Shown in pieces: positions 1 through 9,396 of a stretch of DNA of 44,753 bases. The notes beneath the pieces were generated by a model, which saw nothing but the letters and a program-made list of their open reading frames with translations, did not search any database and was not told the origin of the DNA. The DNA is from an uncultured Methanospirillum sp. (lineage in GTDB: Archaea; Halobacteriota; Methanomicrobia; Methanomicrobiales; Methanospirillaceae), in NCBI GenBank assembly GCA_964637135.1, contig CAZWTX010000021.1, positions 1 to 44,753 of the forward strand, in the 5' to 3' direction. Positions within the stretch are counted from its first letter, which is position 1. The number at the start of each line of letters is the position of its first letter. The position numbers and the translations under genes are program-made.

Positions 1-327
1 CTGATATACCTTTCCAGGTTACCACTCCCGACAACCGTGTTACCCCGGCCGTCCCACTCCCGGAAACCCGAAAGCGTGTGGGATCATAAACTATCATTTC
101 TGGCCATATATACCTGCCGGGAGATCAGAGAATCGTCTTCCTCATCCCGGAAAAAGGGCAATCTGATTCCCGATTTGACAGGATTTTTGGAGTCACCATG
201 GAAGGGTTCTGATCGCCAAAATACTCCATAACCCCGGAGAATTTAGGGGTGCCGATGGATCGCCGTTTCCGATAAAGCGCGGATCTTCTCCCCCAGCAGA
301 CAGCAGACATCACGACCTCACCGCAAA

Positions 328-1026
328 TCACGATGACATCGGTTCTATGAAAATTTCCCCGTAAAATGACTCCTGTCTCATGGATAATCGTCCTTCATGC
401 ATGAGAAAGAGAAGGGGGATATACACATTCAGCCGGGGAAGGTTGAGTTCAGATGCAAGATCGCTCAGGGTGAGCGAACCTGAAGAATGAAAACAGGACT
501 CACAATAGCAGAACACCTGTTCTGACGAATCATGGTATGTCTCTTCATGCGCAATAGAGACAATTTCCTCCGCGTACACGAGGCCGTCGCGCACCCAGGC
601 ATCACGCTGTCTTCTCCGATCCTCTTTCTCCGCATTCCGGAGGAGAATGATCAGATCATACAGAGTTATCGGCTGTTTCCGGAGATGCTTCCGGTTCAGC
701 CGTCGTTCGATTTCGTGCTCAAGAAAGAGAATCGGATCCCGTCTCCGTCGTTCTCCGGCAATGGCAGGATCATCGTCCTCATCAGGATCGAAAAACCCAG
801 GATCAGCATCTTCATCATCTTCCTGCTCTGCAAGCAGCTCGGACTTGATCCGAAGGAGGGTCGCAGCAAAAAAGAGCGTTCTCCCCGAAACACGGAGATC
901 AAGCATCTGCTGCTGATCAAGCTCAGCAAAAAAGCGATCGGTAACCTGGATAATATCGATGTTCCAGGGATCGATGTCACCACGTTGTGCCATCTGGACC
1001 AGAATCTCAACAGGATCCTCAATCAT
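328..1026 (-). CDS. scpA: Segregation and condensation protein A (kleisin)
   Basis: N-terminal 'GDIDPWNIDII...LDLRVSGRTLFFAATLLRIKSE' kleisin motif, C-terminal winged helix 'YIPLLFLMHEGRL...QESFYGEIFI'; overlaps the smc stop. Confidence 0.92.
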   Translation of the reverse strand: MIEDPVEILVQMAQRGDIDPWNIDIIQVTDRFFAELDQQQMLDLRVSGRTLFFAATLLRIKSELLAEQEDDEDADPGFFDPDEDDDPAIAGERRRRDPILFLEHEIERRLNRKHLRKQPITLYDLIILLRNAEKEDRRRQRDAWVRDGLVYAEEIVSIAHEETYHDSSEQVFCYCESCFHSSGSLTLSDLASELNLPRLNVYIPLLFLMHEGRLSMRQESFYGEIFIEPMSS

Positions 1027-4000
1027 CCATACTCACCCCGGTCACGAGGGTTGACTTGTCAGGCCGGATCGTCACGCCGATAATCCGGTCTGCCGCATCG
1101 ATCATCGGCTTGCGCAAAGAGATGTTGATAAACTGGGAAGATCCGGACAGGGACTTGATCATCTCTGCAATCCGTTCCACGTTGGCACCGTCCAGATTCA
1201 TATCCACTTCATCAAACGCATAGAACGGTGCCGGAATGTACTTCTGGATCGAGAAGATGAACGCAAGCGTGGTCAGTGACTTCTCACCTCCGGAGAGAGC
1301 CGCGAGCAGGTGAACTTTCTTGTCACGTGGCTGAACCGCAAAGGAAAGTCCCCCGGCAAAGGGATCTTCATCATTTTCAAGATGGAGCCCGCCGGTTCCC
1401 ATCGTCAGGCGGGCAAAGATCTCACGGAAATTCTGATCAATAGCAGTGAATGCAGCCATGAATGCCTCGTACTTTTTCCGTGCAAAAAACTCGATCCGCT
1501 CATGGATATCCTCGAGTTCACGCTCAAGAACGGCAAGTCGATCTTTTCGTTCCTTTGCGGTTGCATCCACGAGATCATATTCCTCTATTGCCTGCATGTT
1601 CACTGCCCCGAGGGTGTCAATCGCCGTCCGGGTATCCGCAAGCCGCGAATCAATCTCCTCAAGACTGAGATCAGTCTTCGTATCCCCCGCTTCACCCTGC
1701 AGCGATTCAATTTCATCCAGGAGTGAACGGATCTTCTCTTCAAGACTTTCTATCCTGACCAGGACCCGCTCTTTTTTACCGTTTAATTCCCGGACCTGTA
1801 GTTCAAATTCCTCTGCCTTATCCGCCTGGCCGGTCCGTTCCTCCTGGAGATCAGCAATCTCAAGGGTCATCCGGTCCACCTCTTCCTGGACAGACTTGAT
1901 CTCATCTTTTTTATTCTGGATATCTGCCCGGAGCCGGGTTATCTCATCATCAAGGCGTGAATTCTGGTCCCTGACCCGCTCCATCTCCTCCCGCTGCTCT
2001 CCGATAGCCTTCTCAATATACGAACGCTCACGCTGGGATTCACCGATATCATTCTCCTTGTTCTTCAGCCTCCGCTCGCTTTCCGCAAGATTCTTCGAAG
2101 CCTGGTCAAGTTGTTCAAAGAGAACAGGTATCCCGGTCTCTTCAAGCCGGCCTGAAATCTCGGAGATCTCACTCTGCATCCCGGAGATCTCCTCGTTGAG
2201 AGAAGCGATGCGTTGCTCTATCGCAGCAAGATCCCCTCCGTTACCACCATTCCCGTTGGAATTTTCGGCAATCTGTTCCCTGAACGAAGCACATTCTGCT
2301 TCCTGTGAGGCAATAGCCTGCTCAAGGGATTCTGCCATTGTCTGCAGCCTGAGCAGATCAGACTCAACAGCAAGGCGTTCCTGCTGAACCCGGTCTCTTT
2401 CAGCCGATACCGAGACGAGATCATCTGAAAGGGAACGTTCCTCTGCCATCAGCCCGGAGAGTCGTAATCCGAGCTGTTTGAGTTCATCCTCCGATGACCT
2501 CCCGAAACCTGATATCTCCTGCTTTGCGCTCCCGCCGGTCATACTCCCGCTCTTCTCAAGGAGCGAGCCGTCCAGGGTCACCATCCGGAACTCACCCATT
2601 CTCCTCCGGGCATGATCCAGGGAATCAATGACAAGAGTTGACCCAAACACTACCCGGAATGCATCATCGTACCGGGGATCGTACCTGAGCAGATCCGTTG
2701 CAAACCCGATCACGTCATCACCTGCCGGGAGGGAGGGATGCGGTTTTGCCCTGAGTTTATTCAGGGGAAGGAACGTGACCCGCCCGAGCTTGTTCTCTTT
2801 CAAAAACCGTATCGCATCTGCAGCAATCTGGTCATGTTCAACCACGACGAAATGGAGTTTTCCACCCGCTGCAATATTGAGGGCCATCGCGTATTCGGGA
2901 TCACAGGTCGCAAGATCAGCGATAGTTCCATAGACCCCATCCATCCCGAGTACTGCTTCGAGTGCACGTCCGTATCGTCCCTGGGCCTGCTGGTGGGCTT
3001 CTTTTCGGACGATCTCCTGGCGGAGATCGCGAATCGTTTTCTGCAGGATCTCATGAGCTTCCCGCTTGGCATAGAGACCGGTATCCAGGGATGCCACCAG
3101 CCGATCACATCCTTTCTTCCGCTCCCGGGTTTGTTCCACCTCCTGCTCCAGTATCACCGCTTTCTCCCGACGCTCCCGAATCTCTCTCCCGGCAGCTGCA
3201 ACGAGTGACTGAATCCGGTTCTCTTCCGCACTCCGTATCCGGGATCGTTCAATCAGAAGATCCTGTTCCCTGACCAGATCCCCCCGGGTGTCTTTCAGCC
3301 CTGAAACCTGCTCACGCAATGTCCGGAGACGATCCTCATCATCCTGCAGTTCACGGCTCCGGTCATCGATATCCTTCTGGATACGGGTTTGCTCTTTCGT
3401 TGCGGCTGCTACCGTCATCGAGAGATTGGTCCGGTCGATCATGAGATCGCGAATCTCCCCCTCCTTCTCGGCAAGCCGTTCCTCCTGTCTCTTCACCGAG
3501 GTAAAGATGTCAGACAGCCGTCCGGTGTTGACCGATTTCTCCTGTTCTGCCCGGGTTATTGAACGTTCGTATGCATCAATGGCTGCCTTGGCTTCTGCAA
3601 TCCGGGAGACCAGGGCCATGTACTCGCTTCCGGTCCGGGCGGTGATCTCCCGGTCTATCCGTGCAATATCTTCGCGGACAAAATCCCGCTCGTGGGATGT
3701 CCAGGAGATATCATCTTCGATCTGTTTCAGGGAGGCACGGTCGCCCGTTATTCCTTCTTCCAGGGCGGATTGTTCAGCCTCTTTCTGGGCGAGAACGGCT
3801 GCTGACCGGCAGAGCGTGTACTGTTTCAGATCATCCTGCAGGGTCCTGAACCGGATAGCCTGTTCACGCTGCCGTTCGAGCAGGTTGAGTCGTGCCTGCA
3901 GCTCTTCGAGATGTGCAGACTCCTCGTTGATATGATCCCTGACTCGTCCGAGTTCTTCGTATGCAAGTGCTTTTTTCGAATCAAATTCTGCAACACCGGC

Positions 4001-4459
4001 GATCTCATCGATGATCCGGCGCCGCTCGAGGTCGCTCATCTCGATGATCCGGTTGATGTCCCCTTGCATGACGACGTTGTACCCGTGCGGAACAATCCCG
4101 TTCCCTGCCAGGAAATCAAGGAGATCTCCCTGTCTGCAGGATTTTCCGTTCAGGTACAAATAATTATAATAGGTGCTTTCAGTCCGTTTGATCCGGCGTT
4201 TGATGACGGTACCATCTGAAAAGGAGATCTCAACCTCAGCCGTGTTTCTTCCGGAATTCAGGTTGATAAGGTCGGTCAGACGCTCAGCCCTGAGGGATCG
4301 TGATGTCGAAAGAGAGAGGGCGAAGAGAATACTATCTATGATATTGCTTTTTCCGGATCCATTCGGGCCGGAAATCACGGTAAAACCGGGATTAAAGGGG
4401 ATACGAGTCCTTCTTCCGAAGGACTTGAAATTATCTATTTCAATCTGTGTGATATGCAA
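1019..4459 (-). CDS. smc: Chromosome segregation ATPase SMC
   Basis: Walker A 'GPNGSGKSN', long coiled coils, hinge 'GRVTFLPL...GSMTGG', signature 'LSGGEKS', Walker B/D-loop 'FDEVDMNLD'; 1146 aa. Confidence 0.98.
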   Translation of the reverse strand: MHITQIEIDNFKSFGRRTRIPFNPGFTVISGPNGSGKSNIIDSILFALSLSTSRSLRAERLTDLINLNSGRNTAEVEISFSDGTVIKRRIKRTESTYYNYLYLNGKSCRQGDLLDFLAGNGIVPHGYNVVMQGDINRIIEMSDLERRRIIDEIAGVAEFDSKKALAYEELGRVRDHINEESAHLEELQARLNLLERQREQAIRFRTLQDDLKQYTLCRSAAVLAQKEAEQSALEEGITGDRASLKQIEDDISWTSHERDFVREDIARIDREITARTGSEYMALVSRIAEAKAAIDAYERSITRAEQEKSVNTGRLSDIFTSVKRQEERLAEKEGEIRDLMIDRTNLSMTVAAATKEQTRIQKDIDDRSRELQDDEDRLRTLREQVSGLKDTRGDLVREQDLLIERSRIRSAEENRIQSLVAAAGREIRERREKAVILEQEVEQTRERKKGCDRLVASLDTGLYAKREAHEILQKTIRDLRQEIVRKEAHQQAQGRYGRALEAVLGMDGVYGTIADLATCDPEYAMALNIAAGGKLHFVVVEHDQIAADAIRFLKENKLGRVTFLPLNKLRAKPHPSLPAGDDVIGFATDLLRYDPRYDDAFRVVFGSTLVIDSLDHARRRMGEFRMVTLDGSLLEKSGSMTGGSAKQEISGFGRSSEDELKQLGLRLSGLMAEERSLSDDLVSVSAERDRVQQERLAVESDLLRLQTMAESLEQAIASQEAECASFREQIAENSNGNGGNGGDLAAIEQRIASLNEEISGMQSEISEISGRLEETGIPVLFEQLDQASKNLAESERRLKNKENDIGESQRERSYIEKAIGEQREEMERVRDQNSRLDDEITRLRADIQNKKDEIKSVQEEVDRMTLEIADLQEERTGQADKAEEFELQVRELNGKKERVLVRIESLEEKIRSLLDEIESLQGEAGDTKTDLSLEEIDSRLADTRTAIDTLGAVNMQAIEEYDLVDATAKERKDRLAVLERELEDIHERIEFFARKKYEAFMAAFTAIDQNFREIFARLTMGTGGLHLENDEDPFAGGLSFAVQPRDKKVHLLAALSGGEKSLTTLAFIFSIQKYIPAPFYAFDEVDMNLDGANVERIAEMIKSLSGSSQFINISLRKPMIDAADRIIGVTIRPDKSTLVTGVSMDD

Positions 4460-4489
4460 ACCCTGGCACCGGCCTTGGTAAGTCGGATA

Positions 4490-4933
4490 TTACTCGGTTA
4501 GTTCTTTGTCATCGGCGATGATCAGATCACTCTGTCCGGAACGGGGTTCGTTTTTCCCCTTGAATCGTGCATCCCGGGCTGATGCAATGATAATATCCTC
4601 GCTCATATCACGCATCGGTTTAAGGGTCCCGTCAGGCTGCATCTTCAGTGTAATCTTCTCTTTTGCCTGGACGGAAGAATCCTGGGAAAGAGACTCTTTT
4701 CCTGCTTTTTGCTCCTCATCAAGTCCAAGGCCCTTGTTTCTTGCAACAGACGGGGCTACCGCCTGGATCACCGGTGGCGGACGCTGATCCTTCTTCAGTT
4801 TCATGACCACCGCTTTCATATCAAGTACCTCGTCAGTGAGCCCTTTTACCAGTGCATCAAGTTCAGCAATCCGCCTCTCCGATCTGGCCAGTCGGTCTTC
4901 GACTGATCCACCCGTATATTCGTCTTCAGTCAT
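4490..4933 (-). CDS. Hypothetical protein with N-terminal coiled coil, first gene of the smc operon
   Basis: 147-aa ORF ending 30 nt before smc on the same strand; heptad pattern 'RIAELDALVKGLTDEVLDMKAVVMKLK'; TATA-like element near 4991-4997 on the minus strand. Confidence 0.8.
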   Translation of the reverse strand: MTEDEYTGGSVEDRLARSERRIAELDALVKGLTDEVLDMKAVVMKLKKDQRPPPVIQAVAPSVARNKGLGLDEEQKAGKESLSQDSSVQAKEKITLKMQPDGTLKPMRDMSEDIIIASARDARFKGKNEPRSGQSDLIIADDKELTE

Positions 4934-5073
4934 AGGTCGTTCCCACGCGCAGGGTCAAATATCCCTTTATCATACTCTCTTTCCGGGATACATATAGATT
5001 TTCATTCTTTTTGTGAAAATTCCCCTCTTGGTATCCCTAAACCACCATCCATCCCACAGGAGAAGGAGGAATG

Positions 5074-5089
5074 AAAAAAACCTTATAAA
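5074..5089 (+). promoter_or_regulatory. Putative BRE/TATA promoter of the glyA-folD-folP-cofE operon
   Basis: A-rich run followed by TTATAAA (5083-5089) upstream of glyA. Confidence 0.45.
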
Positions 5090-5175
5090 TTAGATTTTCA
5101 GAAATAATCCCTAATATGAGCGGTTCGAAGGGATCACAAAACACTATTACCTCTTTAGAATGAACCAGTAACCAC

Positions 5176-6420
5176 ATGTCTCCTCTGGAAACGATCGATC
5201 CAGAAATTGCAACGATCATCGAAAACGAAAAAACTCGCCAGATAGAAGGACTCGAACTCATTGCTTCAGAGAATCTGGTAAGCCGGGCAGTTCTCGAGGC
5301 AGTCGGGTCAATCATGACCAATAAATATGCAGAGGGATACCCGGGAAAACGATATTACGGGGGATGCGAGTTCCATGACCAGGCAGAAAACATCGCACGT
5401 GACCGGGTCTGTTCGCTCTTCGGGGCAGAATATGCCAATGTCCAGCCTCATTCCGGATCACAGGCAAATATGGCCGTCTATTTCTCGGTGCTCAAACCGG
5501 GAGACAAAATTCTCTCCATGAACCTCTCTCAGGGCGGGCATCTCTCCCACGGATCACCGGTGAACTTCTCGGGGATCATCTATCAGGCCCACCAGTACGG
5601 AGTGGACCTCAAGACAGAACAGATGGACTACGGAACCATCGCTGAAATGGCACGAAAGGTAAAGCCAAAGATTATCGTCTGTGGTGCCAGTGCCTATCCA
5701 CGTGAGATTGATTTCAAGGCTTTTGCCGAGATTGCGCATGAGGTCGATGCATACTGTGTTGCTGACATCGCCCATATCGCCGGACTATGTGCAACAGGAA
5801 TCCATCCGACATCAGTCGGTCATACCACCTTCACCACTTCAACCACTCACAAAACCCTCCGGGGACCACGCGGTGGATTTATCCTGGCAGACAAGGAATG
5901 GCAGCAGCCTATCGACAAGGCAGTCTTCCCGGGGATGCAGGGCGGTCCGCTTATGCATATCATTGCCGGAAAGGCAGTCTGTTTTAAGGAAGCCTCCACG
6001 CCTGAATTCAAAAAATATGCACTTCAGGTCGTTAAAAATGCACGGGTGATGGCAGAGACCCTCAGGGACCATGATGTTCGTCTCGTTTCTGACGGTACCG
6101 ATAACCACCTCTGCCTCCTTGACCTTACCAACTTTGGGATCACCGGTCTTGAAGCAGAGCAGGCTCTCGGAAAGGCAGGCATCACCGTTAACAAAAACAC
6201 CATTCCGAATGAGACGAAGAGTCCTTTTGTCACAAGCGGGTTGCGGGTCGGAACCCCTGCGGTTACCAGCCGTGGCATGAAGGAAGACGAGATGAGGCAG
6301 ATCGCAGAATGGATCGCCACCGTTGTTAAGGATATCCACAATGATTCTGCCATTGCCAGGATCAGGGAAGATGTAAAAACCCTTGCCACGAAATATCCCA
6401 TTTATCCGGATCTCGTATGA
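5176..6420 (+). CDS. glyA: Serine hydroxymethyltransferase (bacterial/THF type)
   Basis: 'LELIASEN', '[13 protein letters not shown]', 'GGHLSHG', PLP-lysine motif '[12 protein letters not shown]'. Confidence 0.97.
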   Translation: MSPLETIDPEIATIIENEKTRQIEGLELIASENLVSRAVLEAVGSIMTNKYAEGYPGKRYYGGCEFHDQAENIARDRVCSLFGAEYANVQPHSGSQANMAVYFSVLKPGDKILSMNLSQGGHLSHGSPVNFSGIIYQAHQYGVDLKTEQMDYGTIAEMARKVKPKIIVCGASAYPREIDFKAFAEIAHEVDAYCVADIAHIAGLCATGIHPTSVGHTTFTTSTTHKTLRGPRGGFILADKEWQQPIDKAVFPGMQGGPLMHIIAGKAVCFKEASTPEFKKYALQVVKNARVMAETLRDHDVRLVSDGTDNHLCLLDLTNFGITGLEAEQALGKAGITVNKNTIPNETKSPFVTSGLRVGTPAVTSRGMKEDEMRQIAEWIATVVKDIHNDSAIARIREDVKTLATKYPIYPDLV

Positions 6421-7256
6421 TACTTGATGGTAAGGGATTATCAGAGCAAAGACTGGCACGACTGAAAGAAGAGATTGCAGCGGGCAGACTCTCACCCCGG
6501 CTCGCCACCGTGCTCGTGGGAGAAGATCCCGGATCCCAGCTCTATGTCAGGATGAAGCACAAGGCATGCGAGGAGATTGGGATCAGATCAGTGAATGTCA
6601 CGCTCCCGGCAGATGCAACAACCGGGGATCTTCTTGACCGCCTGAACACCCTGAATGAGGATCCTGATATCGACGGTATCCTCGTCCAACTCCCGCTCCC
6701 TGCCCAGATCAATACTCATCGTGTACTGGAATCTATCAACCCGGAAAAGGATGCAGACGGGTTTCATCCCCGGAACATGGGACTCCTTCTCGACGGACTT
6801 CCCGGACTGCGCCCGTGCACTCCGAAAGGGATCATGACGATCCTTGATGCATACAACATACCAGTCGCCGGGAAACAAGCCGTGGTTATCGGGAGAAGTG
6901 TGGATGTCGGGAAACCAATCGCATTACTGCTCCTGATGGCAGATGCCACGGTTACGATATGCCACAGTAAAACCCAGGATCTCGCTTCGATCACCCGACA
7001 GGCAGACATTCTTGTTGCCGCGGCAGGAAAAGCCCACATGGTTACGGCTGACATGGTCAAACCGGGAGCCGTGGTCATCGACGTCGGAACAAACCGGGTG
7101 AACGGAAAACTCCTTGGTGATGTGGACTTTGAGAATGTATCCAAAGTAGCAGGGGCAATCACCCCGGTGCCGGGAGGTGTCGGGCCGATGACGATTGCAA
7201 CCCTGTTGGAGAACACCCTCCAGGCTGCCAGGAATCGATGCAGACCTGTAGAATAA
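6417..7256 (+). CDS. folD: Bifunctional methylene-THF dehydrogenase/methenyl-THF cyclohydrolase
   Basis: 'ILDGK', 'YVRMK', 'GILVQLPLP', 'EKDADGFHP', 'PCTP', '[12 protein letters not shown]'; ATGA overlap with glyA. Confidence 0.97.
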   Translation: MILDGKGLSEQRLARLKEEIAAGRLSPRLATVLVGEDPGSQLYVRMKHKACEEIGIRSVNVTLPADATTGDLLDRLNTLNEDPDIDGILVQLPLPAQINTHRVLESINPEKDADGFHPRNMGLLLDGLPGLRPCTPKGIMTILDAYNIPVAGKQAVVIGRSVDVGKPIALLLLMADATVTICHSKTQDLASITRQADILVAAAGKAHMVTADMVKPGAVVIDVGTNRVNGKLLGDVDFENVSKVAGAITPVPGGVGPMTIATLLENTLQAARNRCRPVE

Positions 7257-8047
7257 ACGGGATCACCATCGGTGAGGGCCGGCCGGCCCTGATGGGAGTA
7301 CTGAATCTCAGCCCTGAATCCTTTTTTGCCGGTTCGTATGTCCCCACCGATCACCTCATGGAAGCAGCGGGCGTTATGATCGATGACGGGGCTGTAATTC
7401 TCGATATCGGTGCACGGAGCACGGCTCCCGACAGTCCTGAGATCTCGGTGCAGGAAGAGAAGGAACGGGTGATCCAGGCACTCCGGATCCTTTCAGATCT
7501 CGATCTCACCATCAGTCTTGATACGATGTATCCCGAAGTATTCAGGGAAGCCCTGAGATATGAAATTCATGCGATAAACGACATATCCGGATTTATGAGA
7601 CCCGAGATGGCAGCAACTGCTCTCGACGGCGGAGTCACCCCCATCCTTATGGCAACACGGGTTTCTCCCGGGGACTGCCAGACATTTGACGATACAAAAG
7701 AAGCACTCCGGGCAATTATGAACCGGTGCCGGGCGGCAGGGATTGACGACTACATCCTTGATCCCGGCATCGGCAGATGGTTTCCAAACCGAACTGCTGA
7801 AGCAGACATCGAACTGTGCCGGAGGTTTGATGAGCTGAAATCTTATTCCCGACCCCTTCTTGCCGCGGTCTCCCGGAAATCCTTTATCGGATCGATCACC
7901 GGTCGTGCGGCATCAGACCGGCTTGCGGGTTCCCTTGCCGTCACATCCTATCTTATTCCCCGGGGGGCATCCCTGATCCGGACCCATGATGTTGCTGCCA
8001 CCCGGGATCTCATCGCCGTTTCGGCAGCCCTTGGAGAGATTCCATGA
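7238..8047 (+). CDS. folP: Dihydropteroate synthase
   Basis: '[11 protein letters not shown]', 'DIGARST', 'INDISG', 'ILDPGIG', 'SRKSFIG', 'RTHDV'. Confidence 0.93.
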   Translation: MQTCRINGITIGEGRPALMGVLNLSPESFFAGSYVPTDHLMEAAGVMIDDGAVILDIGARSTAPDSPEISVQEEKERVIQALRILSDLDLTISLDTMYPEVFREALRYEIHAINDISGFMRPEMAATALDGGVTPILMATRVSPGDCQTFDDTKEALRAIMNRCRAAGIDDYILDPGIGRWFPNRTAEADIELCRRFDELKSYSRPLLAAVSRKSFIGSITGRAASDRLAGSLAVTSYLIPRGASLIRTHDVAATRDLIAVSAALGEIP

Positions 8048-8829
8048 ATCTCTCATTTTCCGTACATGGTCTGAAGACCGGTCTCATCACTCCGGGCGAT
8101 GACATCGGAGAACGGATTGTCCGGGCCGCCACTGCCGGGGAAACACGGATTCTTGACGGGGACATCATAGCAGTGGCAGAATCCGCCGTTGCCACGGCCG
8201 AGGGGGCAATTGTCAGGCTTGAAACGGTCAATCCCTCACCACGGGCAAGGGAACTTGCTGAACGCTACCAGATGGATCCCGCGGTTGCCGAAGTGGTTCT
8301 TGGTGAATCTGACGAAATAATCGGGGGAATCCCGGGATTTCTGCTTTGTATCAGGCAGGGTCACCTTCTTCCGAATGCCGGGGTTGATGGATCGAACGCC
8401 CCGGAAGGCGAAGTAACCCTCCTCCCACGGGATCCTGACCGGTCTGCCCGTGCCACCCGGGAAAAAATCAGGACATCCACCGGGAAGGAGACCGGCGTTC
8501 TTATTATCGACAGCAGGACACATCCCATGAGATATGGATGTACTGCCATCGCCATCGGCTGCTCAGGATTTCCGGCAATCATTGACGAGAGGGGGCGAAG
8601 CGATCTCTTCGGAAAGGAACTGAAGGTCACAAGAAGGGCACTCGCAGACAGTATTGCCTCTGCCGCAGAACTGGTCATGGGCGAGGCCGACGAAGGGGTG
8701 CCTGCAGTTATTATCCGCGGACTTGGTGTGGCAATGACTGACGATGAAGGTATTGAACAGATATCGTCAGACGAATGCCTCTTCATGGGCAGTATGAAAG
8801 CCCACATCAGAAAAAACGAACAACAATGA
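8044..8829 (+). CDS. cofE: CofE/COG1478-family gamma-glutamyl ligase (F420-0:glutamate ligase family; possibly acting on folate, see findings)
   Basis: 'ITPGDDI', 'DGDIIAVAE...AEG', 'NAGVDGSN', 'DLFGKELKVT', 'MGEADEGVPAVIIRG'; ATGA overlap with folP. Confidence 0.85.
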   Translation: MNLSFSVHGLKTGLITPGDDIGERIVRAATAGETRILDGDIIAVAESAVATAEGAIVRLETVNPSPRARELAERYQMDPAVAEVVLGESDEIIGGIPGFLLCIRQGHLLPNAGVDGSNAPEGEVTLLPRDPDRSARATREKIRTSTGKETGVLIIDSRTHPMRYGCTAIAIGCSGFPAIIDERGRSDLFGKELKVTRRALADSIASAAELVMGEADEGVPAVIIRGLGVAMTDDEGIEQISSDECLFMGSMKAHIRKNEQQ

Positions 8830-8845
8830 TCAGTGAGTGACTGGT

Positions 8846-9046
8846 TTACCTCATCTTTCTGATCTCGTGTACGAGGATGGCAAGCCCGGCAAGGATCACG
8901 ATAACCGGCCAGAACGGAAATGAGATGTTCCACCACCCGAGATCATTACCCAGCCATACCAGACCCCAGGCAAGGATGAACACGGCAAGAATGATCATTC
9001 CCGTGCTCATTGAGCGATCCGTTCCATGATTATTTCCAGACATCAC
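8846..9046 (-). CDS. Small two-TM membrane protein (LiaI/LiaF-TM or DUF5668-like)
   Basis: Two hydrophobic segments with 'FWPVIVILAGLAIL'; GGAGGGG RBS just upstream; start GTG 9046 or ATG 9043. Confidence 0.7.
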   Translation of the reverse strand: MMSGNNHGTDRSMSTGMIILAVFILAWGLVWLGNDLGWWNISFPFWPVIVILAGLAILVHEIRKMR

Positions 9047-9070
9047 TATCCCCTCCGTTCCTGGATATCA

Positions 9071-9211
9071 TCAGAGACTGAAAGGCATATCCCAGGTATG
9101 ACTACATGCATTGCATTTACATTTTGCAACCATGGCACCACTCTCGGTAGTAACCAGATCGTCAAACTCCGTGTCCTTTGAGTTGCACTTGGGACAGACT
9201 ACATCTCCCAT
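9071..9211 (-). CDS. 46-aa zinc-ribbon microprotein (not in the ORF track)
   Basis: Hand translation: MGDVVCPKCNSKDTEFDDLVTTESGAMVAKCKCNACSHTWDMPFSL*; CxxC...CxxC-x-H-x-W pattern; TTATAC about 28 nt upstream. Confidence 0.8.
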   Translation of the reverse strand: MGDVVCPKCNSKDTEFDDLVTTESGAMVAKCKCNACSHTWDMPFSL

Positions 9212-9396
9212 TTATTGAGTGATCACCCGGGAACTTCTGTATAATCTAGGTGCTGGCAATATTTCAAACTGGTATCCGGCAGTATCAAACCGGATATTAT
9301 TCGTCGTTTTCCTTTGTTCAATCCGGGCAGGGCATTTTTCGCAAATACTCCGGCAAAAAGTTCATCCCGGTACGACATCAATAAGAGATAGAGATC

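Noticed and set aside
1..97. Minus-strand frame from ATG 97 open to the window edge (MIVYDPTRFRVSGSGTAGVTRLSGVVTWKGIS)
   Set aside because: Only 32 codons visible, no recognisable motif and not ScpB-like; cannot be supported
125..331. 68-aa ORF overlapping the scpA stop as a possible scpB
   Set aside because: Too short and no ScpB winged-helix motifs
1446..3935. Long plus-strand ORFs (313 aa, 215 aa and others) opposite smc; similar shadows opposite thsA, glyA, tiaS, hem genes and katG
   Set aside because: Ser/Arg-rich antisense shadows of real genes with no motifs
5107..5166. Possible riboswitch in the glyA leader (ATCCCT/AGGGAT and GGTTC/GAACC pairings)
   Set aside because: Short arms, no resemblance to THF or ZTP riboswitch consensus, and the first arm is probably upstream of the TSS
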